Below the pieces are notes generated by a model. The model did no database searches. It saw only the letters and a program-made list of their open reading frames with translations, and was not told the DNA's origin. A stretch of 64,000 bases of DNA from Pseudomonadota bacterium (GTDB lineage Bacteria; Pseudomonadota; Alphaproteobacteria; Sphingomonadales; Sphingomonadaceae), in contig JAEWCW010000212.1 of NCBI GenBank assembly GCA_023390415.1, positions 13,751 through 77,750 of the forward strand, in the 5' to 3' direction. The position numbers and the translations under genes were made by a program. Below, piece by piece: positions 37,896-47,653 of this stretch. How positions within the stretch are numbered: position 1 is the first letter of the stretch; each line of letters starts with the position of its first letter.

Positions 37896-39008
37896 CTAGA
37901 CCCGCATCGGCATCAGGACGTAGAGCGCCGGGGCCTTGTCGTTCTCGCGGAGCAGGGTGGGCGCTGCGGGGTCGGCGAGGTGGACCTCCACGGCGTCGCC
38001 TTCGATCTGGCCGAGAATGTCCAGCAGGTAGCGCGCGTTGAAGCCGATCTCGAGCGCGTCGGCGCCATAATCGCCGGCGACTTCCTCGGCCGCAGTGCCA
38101 TTTTCCGGCGAGGTCACCGAAAGCGTCACCTTGTCGCGCTCGAGGCTGAGCTTCACGGCTCGGGTCTTCTCGCTGGCAATGGTGGCGACACGGTCGACGC
38201 CTTCCTCGAACGAGCGCGGATCGATCTTCAAAAGCTTGTCGTTCGCGGTCGGGATCACCCGGCTGTAATCGGGGAAGGTGCCGTCGATCAGCTTCGAGGT
38301 GAGGATCGCGTTGCCGAGGCCGAAGCGGACCTTCGTCTCGGACAGCGAGACCTGGACGGTGCCATCCACCTCGTCGAGCAGCTTGCGCAGCTCGGCGACG
38401 GCTTTGCGCGGAATGATCACGTCCGGCATGCCCTCGGCGCCGGCGGGACGCGGCACGGTGACGCGGGCGAGCCGGTGGCCGTCGGTCGCGGCAGCCTTCA
38501 GCACCGGCTGCGATTCGTCCGAGACGTGAAGGAAGATGCCGTTCAGATAGTAGCGCGTCTCCTCGGTGGAGATCGCGAAACGGGTCTTGTCGATGATCTG
38601 CTTCAGTGTCTCGGCCGGGAGCTCGAAGCTGGTCGGAAGCTCGCCCTCGGCGATCACGGGGAAGTCGTCGCGCGGGAGGGTCGCGAGGTTGAAGCGGGCG
38701 CGACCGGCATTGACCTGCATCTTGCCGTCGGCGGCGTTGAGCTCGACCTGCGACCCTTCGGGAAGCTTGCGGGCGATCTCGAACAGGGTGTGGGCGGCGA
38801 CGGTGGTCGCGCCCGGCTGGTGGACCTGGGCCTCGACCGTGTCGTTGATCTGGAGATCGAGATCGGTGGCCATCAGGCGGAGCGTTCCGTCGTCACGCGC
38901 CTCGATCAGCACATTCGAGAGGATCGGAATCGTGTTTCTGCGCTCAACCACCGAATGGACGTGGCCGAGGCTCCTGAGGAGCGTAGCCCGTTCGATCGTC
39001 GCCTTCAT
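37896..39008 (-). CDS. dnaN: DNA polymerase III beta clamp
   Basis: VVERRNTIPILSNV, ATDL, EETRYYLNG, ATDGHRLA, SKLIDGTFPDY, IGFNARYL, YVLMPMRV. Confidence 0.97.
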   Translation of the reverse strand: MKATIERATLLRSLGHVHSVVERRNTIPILSNVLIEARDDGTLRLMATDLDLQINDTVEAQVHQPGATTVAAHTLFEIARKLPEGSQVELNAADGKMQVNAGRARFNLATLPRDDFPVIAEGELPTSFELPAETLKQIIDKTRFAISTEETRYYLNGIFLHVSDESQPVLKAAATDGHRLARVTVPRPAGAEGMPDVIIPRKAVAELRKLLDEVDGTVQVSLSETKVRFGLGNAILTSKLIDGTFPDYSRVIPTANDKLLKIDPRSFEEGVDRVATIASEKTRAVKLSLERDKVTLSVTSPENGTAAEEVAGDYGADALEIGFNARYLLDILGQIEGDAVEVHLADPAAPTLLRENDKAPALYVLMPMRV

Positions 39009-39098
39009 CACTAACCCCCGAAATCTGGTGTTTGGTCCGGGACAGTAGAGCGACGCGCCCCGCACTTCCAGAGGGAGGTGCACGAAAATTCGTGGATG

Positions 39099-39133
39099 AA
39101 AAAAGGGCCGGAGCGTCGCCGCCCCGGCCCTTT
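39099..39133 (-). terminator. Intrinsic terminator of the outer-membrane protein gene
   Basis: AAAGGGCCGG..CCGGCCCTTT stem with an A6 tract at 39099-39104 (U-tract on the minus strand). Confidence 0.8.
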
Positions 39134-39153
39134 CGATCGCGTGCTACTGCCGA

Positions 39154-39732
39154 TCAGAAGCGCAAGCCGACGCCGCCGACCACCTGATGGCGGTCGAAGC
39201 CCTGCTCGTAGTTCGAATAGCGATATTCGGTCTTCACGAAGGCGTTGGAGCCGAGCGCGAACTCGAGACCGCCGCCGACGCGGACGCCGTCCAGATTCTG
39301 GCGATCGGTGAGATCGAGCGCCGCATTGGTCGGATGGTCGTAGGAGGTGGTCACCCGGGCATTGGTGTAGCCGGCGCGGGCATAGACCAGCATGTTCGAT
39401 CCGACCGCCGCGCCGATGCGGGCGCCGGCATAGAGATCGCGGCCGGCACGGGCGCAGAGTTCGTCGCCGGTGACGATGGTGCCCGCGACGCACTCGTCGA
39501 GGTTGGACTTGTTGATCTCGCCGTCCACGCCGAAGACCAGGCCACCCGACTGGATGTCGTAGCCGACACCGACGCCGTAGAGCAGGCCGTCAGCAGACTC
39601 TTCCTCAACGTCAGTCGTATCATAACCGACAATGCCTTCAACGCGCAGGCCCGAGAAATTGCCCCCGCTCTGAGCAAAAGCCGGCGTCGCCAGAGAACTG
39701 GCGAGCAGAGCGGCTGCGATATACTTACGCAT
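39154..39732 (-). CDS. Small outer-membrane beta-barrel protein (Omp25/RopB-like)
   Basis: Signal peptide ATPAFA; alternating beta strands, YGVGVGYD, KTEYRYSNY, terminal GLRF. Confidence 0.88.
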   Translation of the reverse strand: MRKYIAAALLASSLATPAFAQSGGNFSGLRVEGIVGYDTTDVEEESADGLLYGVGVGYDIQSGGLVFGVDGEINKSNLDECVAGTIVTGDELCARAGRDLYAGARIGAAVGSNMLVYARAGYTNARVTTSYDHPTNAALDLTDRQNLDGVRVGGGLEFALGSNAFVKTEYRYSNYEQGFDRHQVVGGVGLRF

Positions 39733-39862
39733 TAGTAACTCCCAATTTATAGTCTTCATGAGACGAACGCCTCAACCGCAGCCAATGACGAAGGTTTCCT
39801 GAACGGCGCATAAACGCGATTTAGCGTTGCAATTCCGCCACAGGCCGTAGAGACTTAAGCCC

Positions 39863-40339
39863 ATGCGCCGCCTCGTTATTCTTTTTTTGTGCGTGGCCCT
39901 GGCGACGCCGGCCGCGGCCCAGCGCCGGCCGCTCGGCACCTGGTCCTTCTGGGGCGCATTCCGCGACAATGAGCGCTGCTTCGCGATCGCCGAGCCGGTC
40001 GAGCGTGACCAGGGCGCGCGGCCGTTCGCCTCGGTGGGCTGGTGGCCGGGCCGGAGCCTGGCGGGCCAGATCCATGTCCGCCTTGCCGAGGAGAAGAGGC
40101 CGGGATCGGCGGTGTTGCTGCGCATCGACGGCCGCTCGTTCCAGCTCGTCGCCGGGCCCCGCGACGCCTGGGCACCCGACGCGGGCGCCGATGCCGAGAT
40201 TGTCGCCGCCATGCGCACGGGAATCGAGATGGTGGTCGAGACCCGAAGCGCGCGCGGCGCCCTGATGCGCGACACCTATCGCCTCCGCGGCGCAGCGACC
40301 GCGATCGATGCCGCCGCCATCGCCTGCAGGCGCCGCTAA
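39863..40339 (+). CDS. Exported IalB-like hypothetical protein
   Basis: Signal peptide; WGAF....CFAI, DAW......D..IVAAMR.G, D.Y.L.G..TAIDAA..AC; directly upstream of rlmN. Confidence 0.7.
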   Translation: MRRLVILFLCVALATPAAAQRRPLGTWSFWGAFRDNERCFAIAEPVERDQGARPFASVGWWPGRSLAGQIHVRLAEEKRPGSAVLLRIDGRSFQLVAGPRDAWAPDAGADAEIVAAMRTGIEMVVETRSARGALMRDTYRLRGAATAIDAAAIACRRR

Positions 40340-40381
40340 GAGCTGGAAAAATCGGCGCGCAGCGCCTATGTGGCGCCGATC

Positions 40382-41578
40382 ATGACAGCTGCGATGACGA
40401 TCCCCGGGCATATCGACCCGGTTCCGGTGCCGCGCCCCGCTTTCGCGGGCGAGGATGCGCGCGTCGACCTGGTCGGCCTCTCCAAGGCGCAGATCCGCGA
40501 CGCTTTGGCCGAGGCGGGGCTCGACGAGCGCAACGCCAAGCTCCGCGCGAAGCAGATCTGGCACCAGATCTACAATCGCGGCGCTTGCCATTTCGACGCC
40601 ATGAGCGACATCGCCAAGCCCCATCGCGCCTGGCTGGCCGAGCGCTTCGTCGTCGGCCGGCCGGAGGTGGTCGTCGAGCAGGTCTCGACCGACGGCACCC
40701 GCAAATGGCTCTTGAAGACCCGCGACGGCCACGATTTCGAGATGGTGTTCATCCCCGACGCGGACCGCGGCACGCTCTGCGTCTCGAGCCAGGTCGGCTG
40801 CACGCTCAACTGTCGCTTCTGCCACACCGGCACGATGCGGCTGGTCCGCAACCTCGAGCCCTCCGAGATCGTCGGCCAGGTGATGCTGGCGCGCGACGCG
40901 CTCGGCGAATGGCCGTCGCTGCCGGAAGGGCGCATGCTCTCCAACATCGTGATGATGGGCATGGGCGAGCCGCTCTACAATTTCGACAATGTCCGCGACG
41001 CCCTGAAGATCGTGATGGACGGCGACGGCCTCGGCCTCTCGCGGCGCCGGATCACGCTTTCCACTTCGGGCGTGGTGCCGATGATGGCCCGGGCCGGCGA
41101 GGAGATCGGGGTCAACCTCGCCGTCTCGCTCCACGCCGTCACCAAGGAGGTGCGCGACGAGATCGTGCCCTTGAACCGGAAATACGGGATCGAGGAGCTG
41201 CTCGCCGCCTGCGCCGCCTATCCGGGCGCCAACAATGCCCGGCGCATCACCTTCGAATATGTGATGCTGAAGGACAAGAACGACAGCGACGAGGATGCTC
41301 GCGAACTGGTCCGGCTGATCAAGAAGTACAAGCTACCGGCCAAGGTGAACCTCATCCCGTTCAATCCCTGGCCGGGGGCGCTCTACGAATGTTCGGACGA
41401 CGAGCGTGTCCAGCGCTTCTCGGACATCATCTTCGAGGCCGGGATCTCGGCGCCGATCCGCCGACCGCGCGGCCGCGACATCATGGCCGCCTGCGGCCAG
41501 CTGAAGAGCGCCGCCGAGAAGAAGAGCCGCGCTGAGCTCGACCGGATCGCCGAGGAAAAGCAGGTGGCATTGGGCTGA
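40382..41578 (+). CDS. rlmN: 23S rRNA m2A2503 / tRNA methyltransferase RlmN
   Basis: [18 protein letters not shown] radical SAM motif, [29 protein letters not shown]. Confidence 0.96.
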   Translation: MTAAMTIPGHIDPVPVPRPAFAGEDARVDLVGLSKAQIRDALAEAGLDERNAKLRAKQIWHQIYNRGACHFDAMSDIAKPHRAWLAERFVVGRPEVVVEQVSTDGTRKWLLKTRDGHDFEMVFIPDADRGTLCVSSQVGCTLNCRFCHTGTMRLVRNLEPSEIVGQVMLARDALGEWPSLPEGRMLSNIVMMGMGEPLYNFDNVRDALKIVMDGDGLGLSRRRITLSTSGVVPMMARAGEEIGVNLAVSLHAVTKEVRDEIVPLNRKYGIEELLAACAAYPGANNARRITFEYVMLKDKNDSDEDARELVRLIKKYKLPAKVNLIPFNPWPGALYECSDDERVQRFSDIIFEAGISAPIRRPRGRDIMAACGQLKSAAEKKSRAELDRIAEEKQVALG

Positions 41579-41611
41579 GACTCGAGCCCATCCGTTTCGG
41601 TCCGCAACGGA

Positions 41612-41639
41612 TTGTAAAAAAGAGGGCGCGCTCTATCAT
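41612..41639 (+). promoter_or_regulatory. Candidate sigma70 promoter (leaderless) for the HWE kinase gene
   Basis: TTGTAA-16 nt-TATCAT, with GTG 41646 seven nt downstream. Confidence 0.45.
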
Positions 41640-41645
41640 CGCCCT

Positions 41646-43592
41646 GTGCTCGAGCGTCCGCCTCTAACTAGTCCTGAGGAGGACGCGCCGCCGCCGCAGA
41701 TGGCGGAGCGGACCGCGGCCTTCGACTGGGCAGCCTCCCCGCTCGGCCCGCGCGACTCCTGGCCGCCGGCGCTGCGCTTTGCCGCCGACCTGTGCCTGCG
41801 CGCAAGCGTCCCGACCGCCGTCTATTGGGGGCCGGAGCTCATCCTCCTCTATAACGACGCCTGGGCGCGGGTGCTTCGCGAGCGCCACCCGGACGCGCTC
41901 GGGCGGCCGGCCGCCGAGGTCTGGGACGACATCTGGGACCTGTTGAAGCCGCGCTTCGACGAGGTCCGCGAGACCGGCCAGGGCATCTCCGTCTTCGAGC
42001 AGATGCTGCCGGTCCGCCGCGGCGATGCGGTCGAGGAGACCTATTGGAATTACAGCCTGACCCCGCTCCCCGGCGAGGACGGGCGCATCGAGGGCATTCT
42101 CAACCAGGGGATCGAGATCAGCAAGGCGCTGCTCGCCGAGAAGCGCCTTTCCTTCCAGGTCGCGGTCGCGGACCGGCTTCGCGGTCTCTCCGACCCCGAG
42201 GCGGTGAAACAGGCGGCCGCCGAACTGCTCGGCCGCCATCTCGCTGCAGCGCGTGTCGGCTATGCGGAGATCGACGAGACGGCGGGCGTGCTGGCGGTCA
42301 CGACGGATTGGACCAGCGCGCGCGGCGCCGAATCCCTCGCCGGCCGCCAGGTCGCGCTCGAGCGGATCCCGGGCGAGGCCCTGGCCTTCCTCCGCACCGG
42401 CCAGCTGATCGCGATTCCCGACATTCAGGCCGCGCTCCCGACCGCGCTCGCACCGAATTGGGCGCAGGCCGGGATCCGATCGGTGATCGCGATCCCGCTG
42501 GTGCGCAACGGCGCGCTCAAGGCCCTGCTCTACGTGACCGAGCCGGAGCCGCGCTTCTGGCGCCGCTCCGACGCCGCGATGGCGCGCGACATCGCCGAGC
42601 GGAGCTGGGCGGCCGTGGAGCGCTCCCAGGCGGAGCAGAGCCTCCGCGAAAGCGAGGATCATTATCGCCATACGGTGGAGCTCTACCCCCAGGTCACCTG
42701 GACCGCGCGGCCCGACGGGCTGATCGACCGAATTGCGCCGCGCTGGAAGGAATGGACCGGGACGGAGGGCCTCGGCGTGGACTGGCCCGAGGCCATCCAT
42801 GCCGAGGACGCGCCGCGCTGCATCCAGGCCTGGGCGGCTGCGACGAGAAGCGGCGATCCCTACGACGTCGAGCATCGGATCCGCCTTCGCGACGGAAGCT
42901 ATCGCTGGGCGCGGTCGCGCGCCTTCCCGCGGCGCGGCGCCGACGGAGCGATCCTCCTCTGGTACGGATCGACCGAGGATATTCATGAGAAGAAGCTCGC
43001 GGAGGAGCGGCAGCGGCTGCTCATCAACGAGCTCAACCATCGCGTGAAGAACATGCTGGCGACCGTCCAGGCGATCGCCTTCCAGACCCTGAAGGGAGAG
43101 GTGCCTCTGGCCGAGGCGCGCAAGCGCTTCGAGGCGCGGCTGATGGCGCTGGCCCGCGCCCACAATCTCGTCACGGCGCAGCATTGGGAAGGCTCGAGCC
43201 TCGACAGAGTGGTTCGCGACGCGACCGAATATCTCGCCGAACAGGGCCGGTTCGAGATTGCCGGCGAGGACGTCTGGGTCTCGCCGCGCGCCGCCCTCGC
43301 GCTCGCCCTCGCCTTCCACGAGCTCAGCACCAACGCCGCAAAGTACGGCGCACTGTCCAGGGACGGCGGCCAGGTCTCCATCTCGTGGCGAACCGACGGC
43401 GAACGGCTCCTGATCGAGTGGAAGGAGCGCGGCGGACCACCGGTCTCGGAGCCGTCCAGCCGCGGCTTCGGCTCGCGCCTGATCGAGCGCGGGCTCGGCG
43501 CCGATCTCGACGGATCGGCGAGCCTCGGCTTCGAGCCCGACGGCGTCAGGTGCAGGATCGAGGCGTCCATGAGCGGACTCGCCGCCGACTGA
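41646..43592 (+). CDS. Cytoplasmic PAS-GAF-PAS HWE-family histidine kinase
   Basis: FDWAASPLGP..WP PAS, GAF, PAS; ELNHRVKN, F..RL.ALARAH, HELSTNAAKYGALS, WKERGGP, GFGS. Confidence 0.92.
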   Translation: MLERPPLTSPEEDAPPPQMAERTAAFDWAASPLGPRDSWPPALRFAADLCLRASVPTAVYWGPELILLYNDAWARVLRERHPDALGRPAAEVWDDIWDLLKPRFDEVRETGQGISVFEQMLPVRRGDAVEETYWNYSLTPLPGEDGRIEGILNQGIEISKALLAEKRLSFQVAVADRLRGLSDPEAVKQAAAELLGRHLAAARVGYAEIDETAGVLAVTTDWTSARGAESLAGRQVALERIPGEALAFLRTGQLIAIPDIQAALPTALAPNWAQAGIRSVIAIPLVRNGALKALLYVTEPEPRFWRRSDAAMARDIAERSWAAVERSQAEQSLRESEDHYRHTVELYPQVTWTARPDGLIDRIAPRWKEWTGTEGLGVDWPEAIHAEDAPRCIQAWAAATRSGDPYDVEHRIRLRDGSYRWARSRAFPRRGADGAILLWYGSTEDIHEKKLAEERQRLLINELNHRVKNMLATVQAIAFQTLKGEVPLAEARKRFEARLMALARAHNLVTAQHWEGSSLDRVVRDATEYLAEQGRFEIAGEDVWVSPRAALALALAFHELSTNAAKYGALSRDGGQVSISWRTDGERLLIEWKERGGPPVSEPSSRGFGSRLIERGLGADLDGSASLGFEPDGVRCRIEASMSGLAAD

Positions 43593-43636
43593 GGCGCAGT
43601 TGGCGATCAGCGGCAGGTGGGCTATTGTCCGGGTCC

Positions 43637-44902
43637 ATGCGGCTGCTCGACAGGATGCTCGCCCGGCACGTCCAGAGGGGCGAACTCACGATCATCGACC
43701 ATGCCGGTCGCGCCCATCGCTACGGCAAGCCTGACTCCGAGCTCAGCCCGGTCACCGTCCGCTTAGTCGATCGCACGACTCCGCTGCGCATTGCCCGCGA
43801 TCCTGCGGTCGGCACTGCAGAAGCCTATATGGACGGTCGGCTGCTGGTCGAGCAGGGCGAGATCCTCGACCTGGTGCTGCTCATCCGGCGCAACCGCCGT
43901 TGGGAGGATCGCAGCGGCCCGGGCAAGTTCCTGCGCAAGAGCAGCAAGCTCGGCAAGCCGCTCGCGCATCTCAACTGGAGGCGGAGCGCGCGTCGCAACG
44001 TCGCCCACCATTACGACATCGGCAACGACTTCTACCGGCTGTGGCTCGAAGAGGACATGCAATATAGCTGCGGCTATTTCACGGACCTGTCCAACAGCCT
44101 GGAGCAGGCCCAGCTCGACAAGAAGGCGCACCTCGCCGCCAAGCTGCACCTGAAGCCCGGCCAGCGCGTGCTCGACATCGGCTGCGGCTGGGGCGGCCTC
44201 GCTTTGTATCTGAACCGGGTCGCGGACGTCGACGTGCTCGGAGTCACCCTCTCCGAGGAGCAGGTCAAGCTGGCCCGGCAGCGCGCCGAGGAGGCGGGAG
44301 TCGCCGACCGGGTGAAGTTCGAGCTGATGGACTATCGCGATGTGGAAGGCACGTTCGACAGGATCATCTCGGTCGGCATGTTCGAGCATGTCGGCCCGCC
44401 TTTCTATCGCGCCTTTTTCCGCAAATGCCGCGAGCTGCTCGCCCCGGACGGAGTCATGGTCCTCCACACGATGGGCCGGATGGGAAAGCCAGGGACGACC
44501 GACCGCTTCATCCAGAAATATATCTGGCCGGGCGGCTATATCCCCGCGCTTTCGGAAATCGTTTCGGCAAGCGAGCCGGCGCGGCTGATCATGGCCGATT
44601 GCGAGGCGCTTCGGCTCCATTATCCGCCGACGGTCCTCCACTGGTACGAACGGTTCAAGGCGCGCCGCGACGAGGTCGTCGAGCTCTATGACGAGCGCTT
44701 CTACAGGCTCTGGCTCTTCTACCTGGCGGCCGGCCTGTCGATGTTCAGCGACGGCGGGATGACCGTATACCAGCTCCAATATCTGCGCCGCCGCGACGCC
44801 GCGCCGATGAAGCGCGACTATATGTTCGAGGCCGAGCGCGCGCTGCACGCGCTTGACCAGGGCGCGCAGCCCATGCTGAGAGTGGCCCAAAGCGGGGAAT
44901 AA
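43637..44902 (+). CDS. cfa: Cyclopropane-fatty-acyl-phospholipid synthase family methyltransferase #1
   Basis: NVAHHYDIGN, MQYSCGYF, LDIGCGWGG, DYRD, SVGMFEHVG, YIWPGGYIP. Confidence 0.88.
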   Translation: MRLLDRMLARHVQRGELTIIDHAGRAHRYGKPDSELSPVTVRLVDRTTPLRIARDPAVGTAEAYMDGRLLVEQGEILDLVLLIRRNRRWEDRSGPGKFLRKSSKLGKPLAHLNWRRSARRNVAHHYDIGNDFYRLWLEEDMQYSCGYFTDLSNSLEQAQLDKKAHLAAKLHLKPGQRVLDIGCGWGGLALYLNRVADVDVLGVTLSEEQVKLARQRAEEAGVADRVKFELMDYRDVEGTFDRIISVGMFEHVGPPFYRAFFRKCRELLAPDGVMVLHTMGRMGKPGTTDRFIQKYIWPGGYIPALSEIVSASEPARLIMADCEALRLHYPPTVLHWYERFKARRDEVVELYDERFYRLWLFYLAAGLSMFSDGGMTVYQLQYLRRRDAAPMKRDYMFEAERALHALDQGAQPMLRVAQSGE

Positions 44903-44906
44903 GATC

Positions 44907-46169
44907 ATGTGGCTTCTCGACAAAATGCTTCGCTCGGTCGTCAAGAAGGGCGAGCTCACCGTCATCGACCATGACGGCAAGGAGTATCGCTACGGCGCGC
45001 CCGATCCGAACTGGGGACCCGTCCGGGTCCGAATGAACGACCGCGGCGCCGCCTTCCACATCGCCAAGGATCCGCGCGTCGGCGCCGGCGAGGCGTTCAT
45101 GGACGGGCGCATCACGATCGAGCAGGGCGACCTGCGCGAGCTGATCATGCTGATCCGCTACAATGCGCCGATCGAGCGCCAGGGGCCGCTCAAGCCCAAG
45201 GGCGCGCTGCGCAAGGCGCTCGGCTACGTCGCCGGCCGGCTTGACCAGATCAACTGGAAGAGCCGCTCGCGCCACAATGCCGAGCACACCTACAACCTGA
45301 CCCGGCGCCTGTACGAGCTGTTCCTCGACGAGGACCGCCAGTACACGATGGCCTATTACCGGGACACGTCGAACAGCCTGGAGAAGGCGCAGCTCGACAA
45401 GAAGGCTCACATCGCCTCCAAGCTCTATCTGAAGCCGGGCATGAGGGTGCTGGACATCGGCTGCGGGTGGGGCGGCACGGCACTCTACCTCCACCGCCAT
45501 TACGACGTCGACGTGCTCGGGATCGCCCTCGCGCCGGACCAGATCGAATTCTGCCGCGAGCGCGCGGCGGAGGCCGGGGTCTCGGACCGGGTGAAGTTCG
45601 AGCTGATGGACTATCGCGACGTCAAGGGCCCGTTCGAGCGCATCGTCAACGTCGGCCTCATCGAGCATTTGGGAACGCCCCATTATCCGGGCTTCTTCCG
45701 CCATATGCACGATCTGCTGACCGATGACGGCGTGATGGTCTCCCACTGCTGCGGCCGGCTCGGCGAGCCGGGCGTCACCGACAAGTGGACCCGCAAGTAC
45801 ATCTTCCCGGGTGGCTATATCCCGGCCCTGTCGGAGCTCGTCACCGAGGCGGAGAAGCATCACCTCATCACGACGGACGTCGAGGCGATGCGCTACCATT
45901 ATGCCTACACGCTGCACGAATGGTACAATCGCACGGTCGCGCACCGGGACGAGATCGTCGAGCTGTACGACGAGCGCTTCTACCGGATGTGGCTCTTCTA
46001 CCTGGCCGGCTCGGAATCCGCCTTCCGCTACGGCGGCATGGGTAATTGGCAGGTCCAGTTCGTCCGCCGCCGCGACGCGATCCCGATGACCCGCGACTAT
46101 ATGTACGAGGAATCGGCGCGGCTCCGCTCGCTGGAGGAGCCGCCGCAATGGCATCTCGCCGCCGAGTGA
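44907..46169 (+). CDS. Cfa-family SAM methyltransferase #2 (divergent active-site motifs)
   Basis: Paralogue of the upstream gene: NAEHTYNL, QYTMAYY, LDIGCGWGG, NVGLIEHLG, YIFPGGYIP. Confidence 0.85.
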   Translation: MWLLDKMLRSVVKKGELTVIDHDGKEYRYGAPDPNWGPVRVRMNDRGAAFHIAKDPRVGAGEAFMDGRITIEQGDLRELIMLIRYNAPIERQGPLKPKGALRKALGYVAGRLDQINWKSRSRHNAEHTYNLTRRLYELFLDEDRQYTMAYYRDTSNSLEKAQLDKKAHIASKLYLKPGMRVLDIGCGWGGTALYLHRHYDVDVLGIALAPDQIEFCRERAAEAGVSDRVKFELMDYRDVKGPFERIVNVGLIEHLGTPHYPGFFRHMHDLLTDDGVMVSHCCGRLGEPGVTDKWTRKYIFPGGYIPALSELVTEAEKHHLITTDVEAMRYHYAYTLHEWYNRTVAHRDEIVELYDERFYRMWLFYLAGSESAFRYGGMGNWQVQFVRRRDAIPMTRDYMYEESARLRSLEEPPQWHLAAE

Positions 46170-46243
46170 GCGCGCGGACGCCAAGCACCCGTTAACCATT
46201 TCTTGATCGCTCCGGCGCCAGTGTCCGGCGCCGGGGAGATCAT

Positions 46244-47596
46244 ATGGCGACAATTCCTGCACGCCCTGTGGGGGCCGACGTCGATCGCGACGGCCTGCGC
46301 GCGGTCGGGGCGTGGTTCCTTTGCTGGATCCTCCTTCCGAATGCCGGCTATTGGGCGCTCTGGATTGTCGGCGGCCCGCCGCGCGCCTGGCCGGTCCTTG
46401 CCGCCGGCTTTGCTGGGATCGTCGCGCACCGCGCGCCGTTCTGGGTCCGGTTCACGCTCTTCCTCCTGCTGATGATCCATTCGGCGCTGAGCTTCATTGC
46501 GGCCCTCTTCAATCTCAGCATCAGCTCGCTCGCCCATTCGCTGCGCTTCGCCGCGGAGCTGAGCCCCTCCGCATCGATCGAGTATGTCGTCGCCGGCGCC
46601 GTTGTCGTCGCCACCGCGTTCGCCGCCTGGAAGCTGCTGCGCCGCCCGGCCGTGCTGGCCCGCCCGATCCTGATAATCGCCGCCGCCGCGATCACCATCG
46701 TCGCCGCCTCGGTCGACGTCGCCATGGCCGACGGCAATCGCGGCTCCTACCACCGCACGCCCGATGCCGGCGCACCGTTCGATTCGGCGGCCAAGGATTC
46801 GGGGCTGGAGCGGATCGCCACGGGGCAACGCCACGTGCTGATGATCATGGTCGAGGCGATGGGCCAGCCGGTCGATCCCCGCCTCCGCACGCGCCTCGCC
46901 GAGATCTGGGCCCGGCCCGAAGTCCGCGCCCGTTACGAGGTGACGACCGGCGAAACGCTCTTCTACGGCTCCACGACCAACGGCGAGATGCGCGAATTGT
47001 GCGGCCGCTGGGGCGAATATGACGAGGTGATGGACCGCCGCGACGGCAATTGCCTGCCCGCCCGCCTCGCCGCCCGCGGCTATCGCAGCCAGGCCTGGCA
47101 CAGCTTCGTCGGAAGCTTCTTCGACCGGACGACATGGTATCCCAATATCGGCTTCGAGCAGATGCGCTGGGGACCGGACCTCGTCCAGGACGGGGCGGAA
47201 GTCTGCCCCGGCGTGTTCCCCGGCGCCTGCGACCGCGACGTGCCGCGCCAGATCGGCCGCGCCCTTCGCGCTGCCGAGAGCCCGCAATTCCTTTACTGGC
47301 TGACCGTCAACTCGCACCTTCCCGTGGTCAGCGACGCGCAGCTCGGCACCGACGATTGCGCGCGCTTCGACGCAGGCCTCGCCCGCGACCATCCGATGAT
47401 CTGCCGGCTCTTCGAGCTCTACGACCAGACCGGCGCCGCACTGGCGCGCGAGATCACCGCGGAGGACTTCCCGGCAACCGACATCCTGATCGTGGGCGAT
47501 CACCTTCCGCCCTTCTTCGATCGCCACCACCGCTCCCAATTCGCGCCGGATTCTGTGCCCTGGGTGCTGCTTCGTCCCAAAAATAACGGCCTTTGA
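46244..47596 (+). CDS. Membrane protein with alkaline-phosphatase/sulfatase-fold domain (LtaS/OpgB-like)
   Basis: About five N-terminal TM helices; IMVEAMG, GSTTNGE (candidate Thr nucleophile), AWH, TVNSHLP, VGDHLPP metal-ligand motifs. Confidence 0.72.
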   Translation: MATIPARPVGADVDRDGLRAVGAWFLCWILLPNAGYWALWIVGGPPRAWPVLAAGFAGIVAHRAPFWVRFTLFLLLMIHSALSFIAALFNLSISSLAHSLRFAAELSPSASIEYVVAGAVVVATAFAAWKLLRRPAVLARPILIIAAAAITIVAASVDVAMADGNRGSYHRTPDAGAPFDSAAKDSGLERIATGQRHVLMIMVEAMGQPVDPRLRTRLAEIWARPEVRARYEVTTGETLFYGSTTNGEMRELCGRWGEYDEVMDRRDGNCLPARLAARGYRSQAWHSFVGSFFDRTTWYPNIGFEQMRWGPDLVQDGAEVCPGVFPGACDRDVPRQIGRALRAAESPQFLYWLTVNSHLPVVSDAQLGTDDCARFDAGLARDHPMICRLFELYDQTGAALAREITAEDFPATDILIVGDHLPPFFDRHHRSQFAPDSVPWVLLRPKNNGL

Positions 47597-47653
47597 AGTT
47601 GACGCGCCGCACCTCTCGGGAGACACGCGCCCTTCCGGGAAGCTGAGGGCAGG

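Noticed and set aside
37896..39153. Replication origin near dnaN
   Set aside because: No dnaA, no DnaA-box cluster and no AT-rich unwinding element seen.
43637..46169. Near-identical DNA blocks as a repeat or mobile element
   Set aside because: Explained by the cfa gene duplication.
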